Source: an uncultured Ignavibacteria bacterium (lineage in GTDB: Bacteria > Zixibacteria > MSB-5A5 > CAIYYT01). From it: a DNA stretch of 64,000 bases. The stretch covers positions 91,915-155,914 of the forward strand of contig CAZNWJ010000001.1 of the NCBI GenBank assembly GCA_964576925.1, written 5' to 3'. The notes under the pieces were generated by a model. It saw nothing but the letters and a program-made list of their open reading frames with translations. It did not search any database and was not told where the DNA came from. Shown here in pieces: positions 26,241 through 35,506 of the stretch. The translations under genes were made by a program, and so were the position numbers. Each line of letters begins with the position of its first letter. Within the stretch, counting starts at the first letter, position 1.

Positions 26241-27997
26241 TGCGCGTTCAGGTGGAGATTGAGTGGCGTGTAGCTGTCCAGGTATTGGCTAAGGCGCTGC
26301 AAGAGATACGTCTGCTCTTCTGCGGTTACCTTAGCATCGGCTCTGAGGGCGACTTCGACCGTTACGGAAGGCAAGAGCCCTCCGACCGATCGGATCACGC
26401 TACGCCTGGCTCTGGCGGTTGCGATGCGGCTGTCAAAGCTCCTCGCGAGGTACTCGATCTCGCCTTCGGAAAGGGCGACGCCATGATTACGCAGGAAGAA
26501 GCCGGTCATACGCCTGACTTCTTCATCCGACTTGGCATCCGAGCCGCCGGACGAACTGACGAGATTTCGGGGCGAGTGCAATTGCGGATGATCGCGGGTC
26601 AGTTTCAGCGGGGTGTCTGCCCCAATGCCGTTGCCGTCGGCTCCCTCGGTCAATGAATATTGGACGACTACGAAGTCGGGCGGCTCCTTCCCTGTGCTCT
26701 CGAAGTTAATCGCGACCTTGACTTCACCTTCTTCCTCGAGAATGTGGTACTTGTAGAGATTGGTGAACGACGTCAGGTCCAAGTGGTTCACATACTCCTG
26801 GTCCCTCGAGTCCCAGACCCGATCGATCGAAAACAATTTGCGTGTCGGATCTTCTTTCTGATCCTGATACTCAAAGAGATTCACTTCGAGAGCCGGCTGT
26901 CCCATCGTGTACTTGTTCAGATGAGACCGTCGCCGATTGATGAGAAGCAGCGTATTGGTGTCAAAGTGAATAAAGCGCCGGAGATCGCCGACTTTCTCAT
27001 CGCGTGCCAGGTCAATCCGCAGCCATATTCTTGGCGAAGCCAACTTGGAAAAATCGAGGTGCGCGAATTTGGTTTTGACAGGATCTGGAATCGGCGTTTT
27101 CACCGCACTGGCGAGGGCAGTTCCGGGAATGACGGCAAAGTTCTTGGCTGGTGCCAGGTAGTGTTTGAAATGCCAATGAAGCTTCCCGGAAGTCAGAAAA
27201 TCGCTGCTGTAGAGCCGACTTTGGAAATTGGTCTCGACTTCCAACTCACGGATATCCAGATGCTTGAAGATCTCGAGGCGATGTTGGTATTCACCTGGTT
27301 TGAAAGGCGCCGCCTGCCCATCTCCGACTACGCGCCAGTCAACCCAATTCAGCATCCGTGAGGAATCGGCGTCTGGTCCGAGATATAGCGGCAGATCGTC
27401 GATTTCTGTGAGAGGCAGCCCGGATTGGATTCCGATCCAAATCGTCCCTCCCAGCGGCGGCGGAGCGTTGCGTTTCATCGTACGATATGCAGGCGAATCG
27501 AGCGACTCTTCCCATTTGTCCGCTTCCGGGGCCAATACCTTCAACACACGAAAGTACTCGCCGGAGGTAAACAGCACGAGATCGGCGTGTACATCGAGGA
27601 TTTCCTGGGCGTAAAGCGGGAAGAAAGTATATTCGCGGGGGAAAGCTCCCCCCAGCGTACAAGCAAATTCAACATCGGTGTCGATTCGCGCCCGTTTGTC
27701 GGTGCAACGACAAGAGAGCATCGTAAAGGCGGGAACCGGGCGTCGAATGCCAGTGACGAAGAAGTTGCCGATCAGTGCGTCGATTACGTCCTGACCGGCC
27801 CGCTTGAGTTTGTCCTCCGTGCTGGTGCTGTGGAAGGCGAACGCCTTGAGCATCAGCAGCAGGGCCGGATCCATCTGCTTTTCGCCGGAAGGCACCTGAT
27901 AGCCCCAGAACTTGAGGCGATCGATCATTTCCTGATAAGCGCGCTCTTCGCGGTCGGTCCATTTTTCGGCCACGGTGCTTCCTCTCAAATCTCCCAC
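26222..27997 (-). CDS. tssF: T6SS baseplate protein TssF-like
   Basis: 591 aa. N-terminal LLLMLKAFAFHSTSTEDKL...LIGNFFVTGIRRPVPAFTMLS parallels the TssF LLEGFAFL...YLRPIPSM region. Overlaps tssE by 13 nt. Confidence 0.6.
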   Translation of the reverse strand: MGDLRGSTVAEKWTDREERAYQEMIDRLKFWGYQVPSGEKQMDPALLLMLKAFAFHSTSTEDKLKRAGQDVIDALIGNFFVTGIRRPVPAFTMLSCRCTDKRARIDTDVEFACTLGGAFPREYTFFPLYAQEILDVHADLVLFTSGEYFRVLKVLAPEADKWEESLDSPAYRTMKRNAPPPLGGTIWIGIQSGLPLTEIDDLPLYLGPDADSSRMLNWVDWRVVGDGQAAPFKPGEYQHRLEIFKHLDIRELEVETNFQSRLYSSDFLTSGKLHWHFKHYLAPAKNFAVIPGTALASAVKTPIPDPVKTKFAHLDFSKLASPRIWLRIDLARDEKVGDLRRFIHFDTNTLLLINRRRSHLNKYTMGQPALEVNLFEYQDQKEDPTRKLFSIDRVWDSRDQEYVNHLDLTSFTNLYKYHILEEEGEVKVAINFESTGKEPPDFVVVQYSLTEGADGNGIGADTPLKLTRDHPQLHSPRNLVSSSGGSDAKSDEEVRRMTGFFLRNHGVALSEGEIEYLARSFDSRIATARARRSVIRSVGGLLPSVTVEVALRADAKVTAEEQTYLLQRLSQYLDSYTPLNLHLNAQWAASQ

Positions 27998-28329
27998 GAC
28001 AAGTCAAATCGCTGATTACCGGGGCCGGTACCCGAAACCCGGCACACAAATGTGGCGGTCGGCGAAGAGACGTTATCGGAGATCGCTACGTTAACAACGA
28101 GGCCGAGATAGCGCCTAAACTGCGCCAGGACATGATTGCGCACCTCGACCTTTAAGTCATCATGATGTTCGGGGGTGAATAAAGAGGACCGACAGCCAAA
28201 TTCCGGATCGGGTCGATAGCTTCCCAATTCAGTTTCAAGCAAAAAACGCGCAAACTCGGCCACACCTCCGGTGCGGACGAAGCGCGTCTCCCTTAGTTCG
28301 ACTGGAGTTCGAATTGCCTCATTGGCCAT
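27985..28329 (-). CDS. tssE: T6SS baseplate TssE-like (gp25/GPW lysozyme-like)
   Basis: 114 aa, gp25-like size. Sits between vgrG and tssF as in many T6SS loci. Sequence resemblance modest. Confidence 0.55.
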   Translation of the reverse strand: MANEAIRTPVELRETRFVRTGGVAEFARFLLETELGSYRPDPEFGCRSSLFTPEHHDDLKVEVRNHVLAQFRRYLGLVVNVAISDNVSSPTATFVCRVSGTGPGNQRFDLSWEI

Positions 28330-28332
28330 GTG

Positions 28333-30195
28333 TTAGTTTAGTGCAATGGGCTTGCCCGATACTGTTACAGGTCCTTTGCCGGTGACGCCCACCATGGCGC
28401 CCTCGGCGTTGAATTGGCCATTGGCCTTCATGTTCATGTTGCCTTTAGCAGTGGCATCGACGCTCATGCCGTCAATCGTAATGCCCTGCGATGCTTTGAG
28501 CGTCGCATTTCCCGAGCTCGACTCAATGGAGACATCGTTTGTCGCCTTAACGGTGAAAGCCTTGCCGGCCTCCATGCTGATATTTTCCTTCGCCTTGAGC
28601 ACGATATCCTTATCGGCCATTATCGTAATTGTATTCTGACTGGAATCGATGACGATCGTGTTGGTGCCGGTTTTGTCGATAATCTCGATCTTCTCTTCTC
28701 CGGACTTCTCGCGGAAAATGATCTGGTGCCCACAACGCGTGTAGATCACCTTGTTGTCGTTATCAGGCGTGTAAATCCCAGTCGGCGGCAAGTCCTGTCC
28801 GTTCCACATTGAACCGATAACGACCGGCTGAGTGGGATCGCCATTCTCAAAAATCACGAGCACTTGATCGTCGATTTCAGGGATGAAATAGAAGCCGCGC
28901 TCTCGTCCGGCGTAAGGGGAAACGAAAGGCAGCCAGTGCGATTCCAGGGCGTTGCCGTCATTGTCAAGCAAAGGGAACTGCACCTTTATCCGCCCACGCG
29001 ATTCGGGATCCTCGATGTTAGTCACAAGGGCTGGCATCGGGTCGGCCCGCCTGACCCGCGATTCTGATGCCACGCGGCTGGGTACGGCCGCTTCGAGCGG
29101 CAGTACTTCGAGCTCGTTGTAATAACCGACGTTTCCTTCGATACGGTGCGTGACGCCGGTTACGAAATAGACGCCATTATATGCAGTGCCGGCTTCTTCC
29201 AGCTTGACCGTATCGCCAACCTTAATGCTCGGGACATTAGACTGGATAGTGCCTTCCAGAAGCCCGCTGACCGCTTCTTGGCCAAGCGATTGTGCCAACA
29301 ATTTCACTTCGTTGTGGTGGAAACCCGAATCGGCAGCAGAGTTTGACGTTAGTGAAGATAGATCTCGGGAACCGGCAAAGGCCCGCTGGGCCAGCCCGGA
29401 GAATGATGTTGACGAACTTTGTTGTCCAACAAAGACCTGCTTCTGCGCGTGGTCCCAACCGCGAACGGTGTGGTTGATTTGCTGTGCATTCAAACTAATG
29501 TTGATACTGCCAACACTCTTCCCCCAAACCAACGTTTTCTGATTCCGGGTAGCGGCGGTGGCAATCTGCAGCTTCTTACCGTCATAGTATAGCCAACTAC
29601 TGGTTACGCTGGCCAGCATCACCAGGAAATCCCAATCGGTTTCCTGCCATTGGATCATATACTCCGGCGCATACCCTGCATCACCGCTGAACGTCACGCC
29701 CGCTTTTTCTATACTGTATTCTCCCACGATCCGATCAACAACATCGCTACGGGACATATTCAAGAACGTGCGGAATTTTCTGACAAAGTCCATCTTGATG
29801 GTCGGGCTCTTGGCCTCGACAGTGACGGTGGCCAGAGTGTCACCGCGACTACTGATATGAAGATTGGTGACCAAGCCGGCGAATTCCAGCGGCGACTCTG
29901 AGATGGCGTAGTCTTCGGTCGGCTTGATGGCAACGTTAATCGACTTGCCGATCAAACCGTGATAGGAGTTCGTGGCATCCAACTGCGTCTTGAAGTCCGG
30001 TGACGTCAGGTCGGCTGTCAAGCTGACCTTGAGCACGTGATGCTCGAACGCTTCTTGCCTAAGTTCGAGCGAACTCACGACCCACGAGACCGGCGAACCA
30101 TCGATCTTGACTTCGACTGCAGCCGTAATTCGGGAAAGTGGTCCCTCATCTTCGCGTTCGTCATCTTCCGGAATATCTGCTTCGTGCAATGCCAT
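28333..30195 (-). CDS. vgrG: VgrG-like spike protein (gp27/gp5 fusion) with C-terminal beta-helical repeats
   Basis: QWQETDWDFLVMLAS (gpD-like motif). gp5 OB-fold signature IPEIDDQVLVIFENGDPTQPVVIGSMWNG. C-terminal repetitive TIVIDSSQNTITIMADKDIVLKAKENISMEAGKAFTVKATNDVSIE... beta-helix. No recognisable toxin domain. Confidence 0.8.
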   Translation of the reverse strand: MALHEADIPEDDEREDEGPLSRITAAVEVKIDGSPVSWVVSSLELRQEAFEHHVLKVSLTADLTSPDFKTQLDATNSYHGLIGKSINVAIKPTEDYAISESPLEFAGLVTNLHISSRGDTLATVTVEAKSPTIKMDFVRKFRTFLNMSRSDVVDRIVGEYSIEKAGVTFSGDAGYAPEYMIQWQETDWDFLVMLASVTSSWLYYDGKKLQIATAATRNQKTLVWGKSVGSINISLNAQQINHTVRGWDHAQKQVFVGQQSSSTSFSGLAQRAFAGSRDLSSLTSNSAADSGFHHNEVKLLAQSLGQEAVSGLLEGTIQSNVPSIKVGDTVKLEEAGTAYNGVYFVTGVTHRIEGNVGYYNELEVLPLEAAVPSRVASESRVRRADPMPALVTNIEDPESRGRIKVQFPLLDNDGNALESHWLPFVSPYAGRERGFYFIPEIDDQVLVIFENGDPTQPVVIGSMWNGQDLPPTGIYTPDNDNKVIYTRCGHQIIFREKSGEEKIEIIDKTGTNTIVIDSSQNTITIMADKDIVLKAKENISMEAGKAFTVKATNDVSIESSSGNATLKASQGITIDGMSVDATAKGNMNMKANGQFNAEGAMVGVTGKGPVTVSGKPIALN

Positions 30196-30284
30196 CGTCG
30201 CCTCGTCTGCTACTCTACCTTAAGGAAGCGGGAAGGGAGAACTTCTCTCGCCTTCCCGCAGTGTCCCAACTATCGTCGGTGGGC

Positions 30285-30698
30285 TTATTTGCCCTTCCAG
30301 TCCTTCTTGTACTCGGTGCCGTTGAGGTCCACCAGCTCCGCCGAGATTTCGAAGTACTCGTACATCTGCTCGTTCGGAGCCGATGCGGTCGAGGGAACGT
30401 GCTCTTCATAGTGGGTGATGAAACCGTTCTCCCACTTCAGAACCTTTAGATCCTTCTTGAGGTTCGGATCCTTAAAGGTGATCTGGCCGGCTTTGCGGTT
30501 GACCTGGGACGAATCGAACGCCCACTTGGCGATACCGACGTTTTCGTCCGATTCCCGGCTGATCTTGATCTTCAGACCGGTCGGCACCGAACTCGGCTTG
30601 CCGTCCGCGAGATCGTGGGGGGTGAAGAGTTCATAGCTCACCGAGTGAACCTTGTCGAACTTTTCGCCATCGACCAGCAGTTCTACTTCCTGTGCCAT
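30285..30698 (-). CDS. hcp: Hcp-like inner tube protein
   Basis: 137 aa, strong SD (GCAGGAGGAAATGAACAATG). Position between tssC and vgrG. C-terminal ...YKKDWKG recalls the Hcp C-terminal Trp. Shorter than canonical Hcp (~160 aa). Confidence 0.5.
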   Translation of the reverse strand: MAQEVELLVDGEKFDKVHSVSYELFTPHDLADGKPSSVPTGLKIKISRESDENVGIAKWAFDSSQVNRKAGQITFKDPNLKKDLKVLKWENGFITHYEEHVPSTASAPNEQMYEYFEISAELVDLNGTEYKKDWKGK

Positions 30699-30807
30699 TG
30701 TTCATTTCCTCCTGCGGAATGTTACGTTTATCTCTGACTTTCGTTCTTACTTACGAACCTTACTAACTTCATCCCAACTGTCGCCGGATTCGATTGAAGG
30801 TTCGGAA

Positions 30808-32208
30808 TTATTTCACGGCCGTCTGGCCGGAGTCGTCCACCATGGCCTCCAGCTTCACGACGTACTGCTTGATCGGCGTTTTGGTATTCAAGGCGACTTC
30901 CAGCAACATCTGCTGGTTTTCGATCATCTCGTTCGTCGCGATCACGTTGCAGGTGAAGCCGTTAATGACCTTATTGCGCTGTAACAGGCTCAGGAACTTG
31001 TTCAGGTCCCCGTCGATCGACTTCTTCAGCTTGTCGTCGAAGCCCTTGTAAACCTGTTGATTGAGGTAATTACGCATGGTCTTGTAGATGTAGTCGTAAG
31101 TCCGCTTGATCGTGTAGTTGCGGAACTTGGCGTCCTTGGACAGCGTGTCCGCGCCCATGGCCACGACATCACCAACATCGCCCTGCCAATTGAGCACGCA
31201 GTTGATGCCCTTCTCGTTGAGCTTCGTGTTCTTGGCTTCGTTGAGCTTGATCCGGGTGCTTTGCACGCCGCCCAATTTGCCATTGACCTTGCCTGCCGAG
31301 GGCGCCTGGATGCCAATATCGTTGTCGTTCTTATAGATCAATCCGGCCACCAGGGATGACGGCGGAATCCAGAGCGGATCCTTGTCAAAGCGGCTTTCAG
31401 GCTTGTCGGCTTTGACGTAGTTGCCGAAGACCGAGATATATGCCTTGTACTCGTCGTTGGAGCGCAACGAATCGTAAGACGGATCGTCGAGTTCCTCAGA
31501 CAGCTCTTCGTAGCTGTTGAAGTGCTTGAAATCGGTGAGCACGTGGAGCTTGCTCGGCATCCCCATGTCGCGAGCGACGGTGTCGATATCCTTGACGCTT
31601 CCAAGATAGCCGGGAATGCAGCAGAGCGAGTAGCAGTTCGTGATGTCATAGAGGCCGTAGATGTCGTGCACCTGCCGATTGACATACTCGAACTTCTCGC
31701 GGTCATTCGGATCAGTAAGGTCGGCGATTCCGACATTCGCGAAATAAGCGTAAATCTCGGAATCGGGCCGCGCCATCGCGTTCTGGAAGAACAAATCGAT
31801 GCCGCGATACGCAACCTCGATCGGGCGCACCGTATCGTGGATGCTTTTCATGTTCTCGCCGAGGTTCTTGTCAGCCTCAGCGATCATGTTGTCGAGTTTG
31901 TCCTTGAATTCGTCGGACGTGACGTCTCCGGCCGAGATTAATTCCGACCAAACAGAGAGCCGCTGCCTGAGCTGCTTGCGGCGGTCCTTGAATTCATCCG
32001 AAGACAAGAACTTATTGAATGATTCATTCTTGGGATCCAGGAACTTGGCGCCTTCAACGTAGACGCCGTCCTGGCTGGTGAAGTGAGACAAGTGATCCTT
32101 GATCACCTCGTAGCCGACAAAACCGGCACCGAGGATATCTTTGAGATCAGTTTTCTCTTTGACTTTTACTTCAGCCTGTTGCTGTGGGTCTTTTTCCTGA
32201 TCAGCCAT
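30808..32208 (-). CDS. tssC: T6SS contractile sheath large subunit TssC-like
   Basis: 466 aa immediately after the tssB-like gene (18-nt gap). Size and placement typical of TssC/VipB. Confidence 0.65.
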   Translation of the reverse strand: MADQEKDPQQQAEVKVKEKTDLKDILGAGFVGYEVIKDHLSHFTSQDGVYVEGAKFLDPKNESFNKFLSSDEFKDRRKQLRQRLSVWSELISAGDVTSDEFKDKLDNMIAEADKNLGENMKSIHDTVRPIEVAYRGIDLFFQNAMARPDSEIYAYFANVGIADLTDPNDREKFEYVNRQVHDIYGLYDITNCYSLCCIPGYLGSVKDIDTVARDMGMPSKLHVLTDFKHFNSYEELSEELDDPSYDSLRSNDEYKAYISVFGNYVKADKPESRFDKDPLWIPPSSLVAGLIYKNDNDIGIQAPSAGKVNGKLGGVQSTRIKLNEAKNTKLNEKGINCVLNWQGDVGDVVAMGADTLSKDAKFRNYTIKRTYDYIYKTMRNYLNQQVYKGFDDKLKKSIDGDLNKFLSLLQRNKVINGFTCNVIATNEMIENQQMLLEVALNTKTPIKQYVVKLEAMVDDSGQTAVK

Positions 32209-32226
32209 GATTACCTCTTCCCCGGT

Positions 32227-32682
32227 TTACAGTTTCTCGATATAGGACTTAATGACATTCAAGAACTCTTCTTTCTTGGCCGGATTTGACAATTCCTTTT
32301 TCAGCTTGGAATTGGGCTTGTCCAGCAGGTTCTTGAAGTTGCGCAGGATTTCGACCTCGTTGTACTTTTCCCAGAGGTATTGGTTCTTCTTGATGATTTC
32401 CATCGAACCGAAATCCTTCATTGAATTGAACTCCAGCTCGACCGACTCTTCGGACCCGTCCTGCTTATTGATCGTGACTTCCTGGGTCGGCCGAAACGTT
32501 GCGAACACTTCTTTGAGGTTTTTGCAGCGGGTCAACTCGGGTTCGGTCTCTTCGCGCGAGTTCAGCTTGGTCAGATAGACCATTTTGTTCGACGGCAAGA
32601 GATCGACGGGAATCGAATCGCTTTTCTCCTTGTACTCGGTGGTACCGATGTGGGGGGCGGCAATTCGGAACTGGTCTGCCAT
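32227..32682 (-). CDS. tssB: T6SS contractile sheath small subunit TssB-like
   Basis: 151 aa. NLKEVFATFRPTQEVTINKQDGSEESVELEFNSMKDFGSMEIIKK parallels the VipA/TssB segment (..DEVFEH..P...L.V..DGS..V.L.F.SMDDF.P). Confidence 0.65.
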   Translation of the reverse strand: MADQFRIAAPHIGTTEYKEKSDSIPVDLLPSNKMVYLTKLNSREETEPELTRCKNLKEVFATFRPTQEVTINKQDGSEESVELEFNSMKDFGSMEIIKKNQYLWEKYNEVEILRNFKNLLDKPNSKLKKELSNPAKKEEFLNVIKSYIEKL

Positions 32683-32703
32683 GGTATCCTCCTGATAGTA
32701 TCT

Positions 32704-33837
32704 CTATAACTTGACGATTTCAAAGTTGTCGCCATTAAGGCGGACTTCGACGCGCGAGCCTTCCGGGAAGCGCCCGTCGATGATGCCGATGGAAAGCGGG
32801 TTGAGAATTTCCTTTTCGATAACCCGCTGCAGCGGCCGCGCGCCCATTTCAAAGTTGTAACCGCGTTCGGCCAGGGCCTTCATAGCTTCCGCCGTACACG
32901 AGATCGTCATCTTTTGATCTTTGAGGATCTTGTTGATGACTTTGAGCTGAATATTGACGATGGCGTTGATGCCTTTCTCCGTTAGCGGCCGGAAGATGAT
33001 CCATTCCAGGCGGTTGAGAAACTCCGGCCGGAACTTCGCTTTCAGAATCTTCATCATCTCGTCGCGATCGACCGGCTGGTTCTCGCGATAGCAATCCAGG
33101 ATGTAGTGCGAACCGAAATTGGAAGTCAGGATCACGATCGTATTCGTAAAATCGATGGTATTGCCCTGACCGTCGGTCAAGCGACCGTCGTCCAGTAGTT
33201 GCAGCATGATGTTGAAGACATCGGCATCGGCCTTTTCGACTTCGTCGAAGAGCACGACGGAATAGGGATTGCGTTTGACTTTCTCGGTCAACAAACCGCC
33301 CGCTTCATAGCCGACATACCCAGGTGGAGCACCAATCAGCTTGGCAACGGAGTGTTTCTCCATGTACTCTGACATATCGAAGCGGATCATGTTCTTTTCG
33401 TCGTTGAAAAGAAACTCGGCAAGAGTTTTGGCCAATTCCGTCTTACCTGTGCCCGTAGACCCCAGGAACAGGAAGGAGCCGATCGGCCGGTTGTGCCGCT
33501 TGATGCCGGAACGGGAACGGCGCACGGCTTCGCAGATCGTCTTAATCGCGTCCTCCTGGTCGATAACTCGTTTGCCGAGGTGATCTTCCAGGTTGAGAAG
33601 TTTAGCTTTTTCATCCTCCATCATGCGCGACACCGGGATCTTGGTCCAGCGGGAGATGACGTAGGCGACATCTTCCGTGCCAAGAGTCTGTTTCTCAGCG
33701 GTCACGAACTTTTCCAAACGATCGATCTTTTCGAGGTTTTCGCGAAATCGCGTGATCTGGCTCTTGTCTTCGCTCATTCTGCTTTCCGTTAATACCGCTT
33801 GGCGGTCTCGCAAACTGTCCGTGTTTTGGATCGACAT
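32704..33837 (-). CDS. ClpV/ClpB-family AAA+ ATPase, C-terminal fragment (M-domain remainder + D2)
   Basis: D2 Walker A GSTGTGKTELAK, sensor/arginine region, ...VISRWTKIPVSRMMEDEKAKLLNLEDHLGKRVIDQEDAI. Lacks Clp_N and D1, which are encoded by the adjacent upstream ORF in a different frame. Confidence 0.8.
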   Translation of the reverse strand: MSIQNTDSLRDRQAVLTESRMSEDKSQITRFRENLEKIDRLEKFVTAEKQTLGTEDVAYVISRWTKIPVSRMMEDEKAKLLNLEDHLGKRVIDQEDAIKTICEAVRRSRSGIKRHNRPIGSFLFLGSTGTGKTELAKTLAEFLFNDEKNMIRFDMSEYMEKHSVAKLIGAPPGYVGYEAGGLLTEKVKRNPYSVVLFDEVEKADADVFNIMLQLLDDGRLTDGQGNTIDFTNTIVILTSNFGSHYILDCYRENQPVDRDEMMKILKAKFRPEFLNRLEWIIFRPLTEKGINAIVNIQLKVINKILKDQKMTISCTAEAMKALAERGYNFEMGARPLQRVIEKEILNPLSIGIIDGRFPEGSRVEVRLNGDNFEIVKL

Positions 33838-33878
33838 GGTAGCCGACCCGATTTTTACACTCTACTCAAACCCAAGGT

Positions 33879-35294
33879 TCAAACGCGGCCCACCCAAAGG
33901 GAAAAAGTCTCTTCGAATCTGTCGTTAAACTCGCTCAGTCGCTTCTGCACATCTTCCGGAATAGCACTGTCATCCGTCGCGGCTGATTGCGCCCCCAACT
34001 TACCCTTGATTTCCTCCGCCAGCTTTCGCAGTTCCGGAATCTCGTTCTTCGCGCGCGTGCAATTGAGGCGAAACGAGGCCGCGGCTTCGTCGAGCAGGTC
34101 GATCGCCTTATCCGGTAGGAAGCGGTCGCCGATGTAACGCTGAGACAAGCGAATTGCCTCGTCAACGACGCCATCCGGGATATCGAGATTGTGATGCTTG
34201 CCGTAGGTGTCGCGTACGCCGGAAAGGATCTCCTGTGCTTCATTGAACGTCGGCTCTTCGACCATGACGCGCTGGAAGCGCCGGTCGAGCGCTTTGTCCT
34301 TTTCGATATACTTCCTGTACTCTTCTAGAGTCGTCGCCCCAATGACCTTGAATGTTCCGCGGGCCAGAGCTGGTTTGATCAAGTTAGCAGCATCCATGCC
34401 ACCCGAAGGGTTGCCGGCGCCGACCAAGGTGTGGACCTCGTCGATATAGAGAATCAGGTTGCCTTTGCCCTTGGACAGGCGTGAGATAAGCGCATTGAAG
34501 CGCTCCTCGAATTCGCCTTTGTACTTGGCCCCTGCTACCAGCTGTCCCAGATCAAGCTGCAGGAGCACCGAATCCCAAAGCTCCGGGGTGGTCTGCTTGT
34601 TAATTATCTGCAAAGCCAGGCCTTCGACAAGAGCCGACTTGCCCACCCCCGGAGGGCCGACCAGAATCGGATTGTTCTTACGACGTCGGATCAAGACGCG
34701 CGAGATGTTATAGATGTCTTCCTTGCGGCCGAAGAAATTGTCGTATTCGCCGCGGCGGGCACGCTCGCACATATCGACGCAGTACTTGATGCCTTCGGCG
34801 CCGGCGACAGCCTCTTCGCCATCGGTGACTGTTTGACCGCCGGCAATCGACTGGACAACTTTCATCTCCGCATTGGCATCGATGATCTTGCCCTCGTCGA
34901 AGTCGAGGCGGCGGCGAATCTGCTCTGACAAAGGAGAGTCCGGTGAAACCAACACCATCAAGATGTGCTCGGGGCGCACCTCGGAGTCCGAGTATTTCTC
35001 CGCCTTGTTGCCTGCTGCGACCAACAGCGATTGCAGGGCAGGTGACGCGGAGGGGCGGACTTCATCGGCAGCAGACTTACCGAATTTGGAAAGCTCGTCG
35101 GCAAGAAGCGCCTCAAAGTACTCGGGTTTCTTGCCGAGTTGCTTGAGAATTGCCGCCAGTTCTCCCTCTTCGTCGCGCAGCAAGGTGAGAAAGAGGTGCT
35201 GCGGGCGAATCTCCGAATGAAAATAGCTTTTAGCCAGTTCCTGCGAACGCCGAATGGCATTTTGCAGGGTCGTCGAGAACGATCCTAAATCCAT
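33879..35294 (-). CDS. ClpV/ClpB-family AAA+ ATPase, N-terminal fragment (Clp_N + D1 + start of M-domain)
   Basis: Clp_N repeats (IRPQHLFLTLL...), D1 Walker A ILVGPPGVGKSALVEG, Walker B LILYIDEVH. Ends within coiled-coil ...EFNDRFEETFSLWVGRV, 41 nt before the ATG of the C-terminal fragment. Confidence 0.8.
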   Translation of the reverse strand: MDLGSFSTTLQNAIRRSQELAKSYFHSEIRPQHLFLTLLRDEEGELAAILKQLGKKPEYFEALLADELSKFGKSAADEVRPSASPALQSLLVAAGNKAEKYSDSEVRPEHILMVLVSPDSPLSEQIRRRLDFDEGKIIDANAEMKVVQSIAGGQTVTDGEEAVAGAEGIKYCVDMCERARRGEYDNFFGRKEDIYNISRVLIRRRKNNPILVGPPGVGKSALVEGLALQIINKQTTPELWDSVLLQLDLGQLVAGAKYKGEFEERFNALISRLSKGKGNLILYIDEVHTLVGAGNPSGGMDAANLIKPALARGTFKVIGATTLEEYRKYIEKDKALDRRFQRVMVEEPTFNEAQEILSGVRDTYGKHHNLDIPDGVVDEAIRLSQRYIGDRFLPDKAIDLLDEAAASFRLNCTRAKNEIPELRKLAEEIKGKLGAQSAATDDSAIPEDVQKRLSEFNDRFEETFSLWVGRV

Positions 35295-35506
35295 ACACTC
35301 TTCACGTTGGAGGTGCGAAGTTTCCCGCGATAGATGCGCTAAACTTCAAGGTTACTATCTATCTTCTTCCCTGTCAAGGCGATAATTCGCCGCCGGCGCT
35401 TCCAGCAGCGGGCCGCCTGTCAAAATGGCTCTACTAAGTCCCACCCTGGACGTCATTGGTTGATCTTCGGTTCGATTCAGCGGGCACGTCACTCTTGTTC
35501 CTGCCC

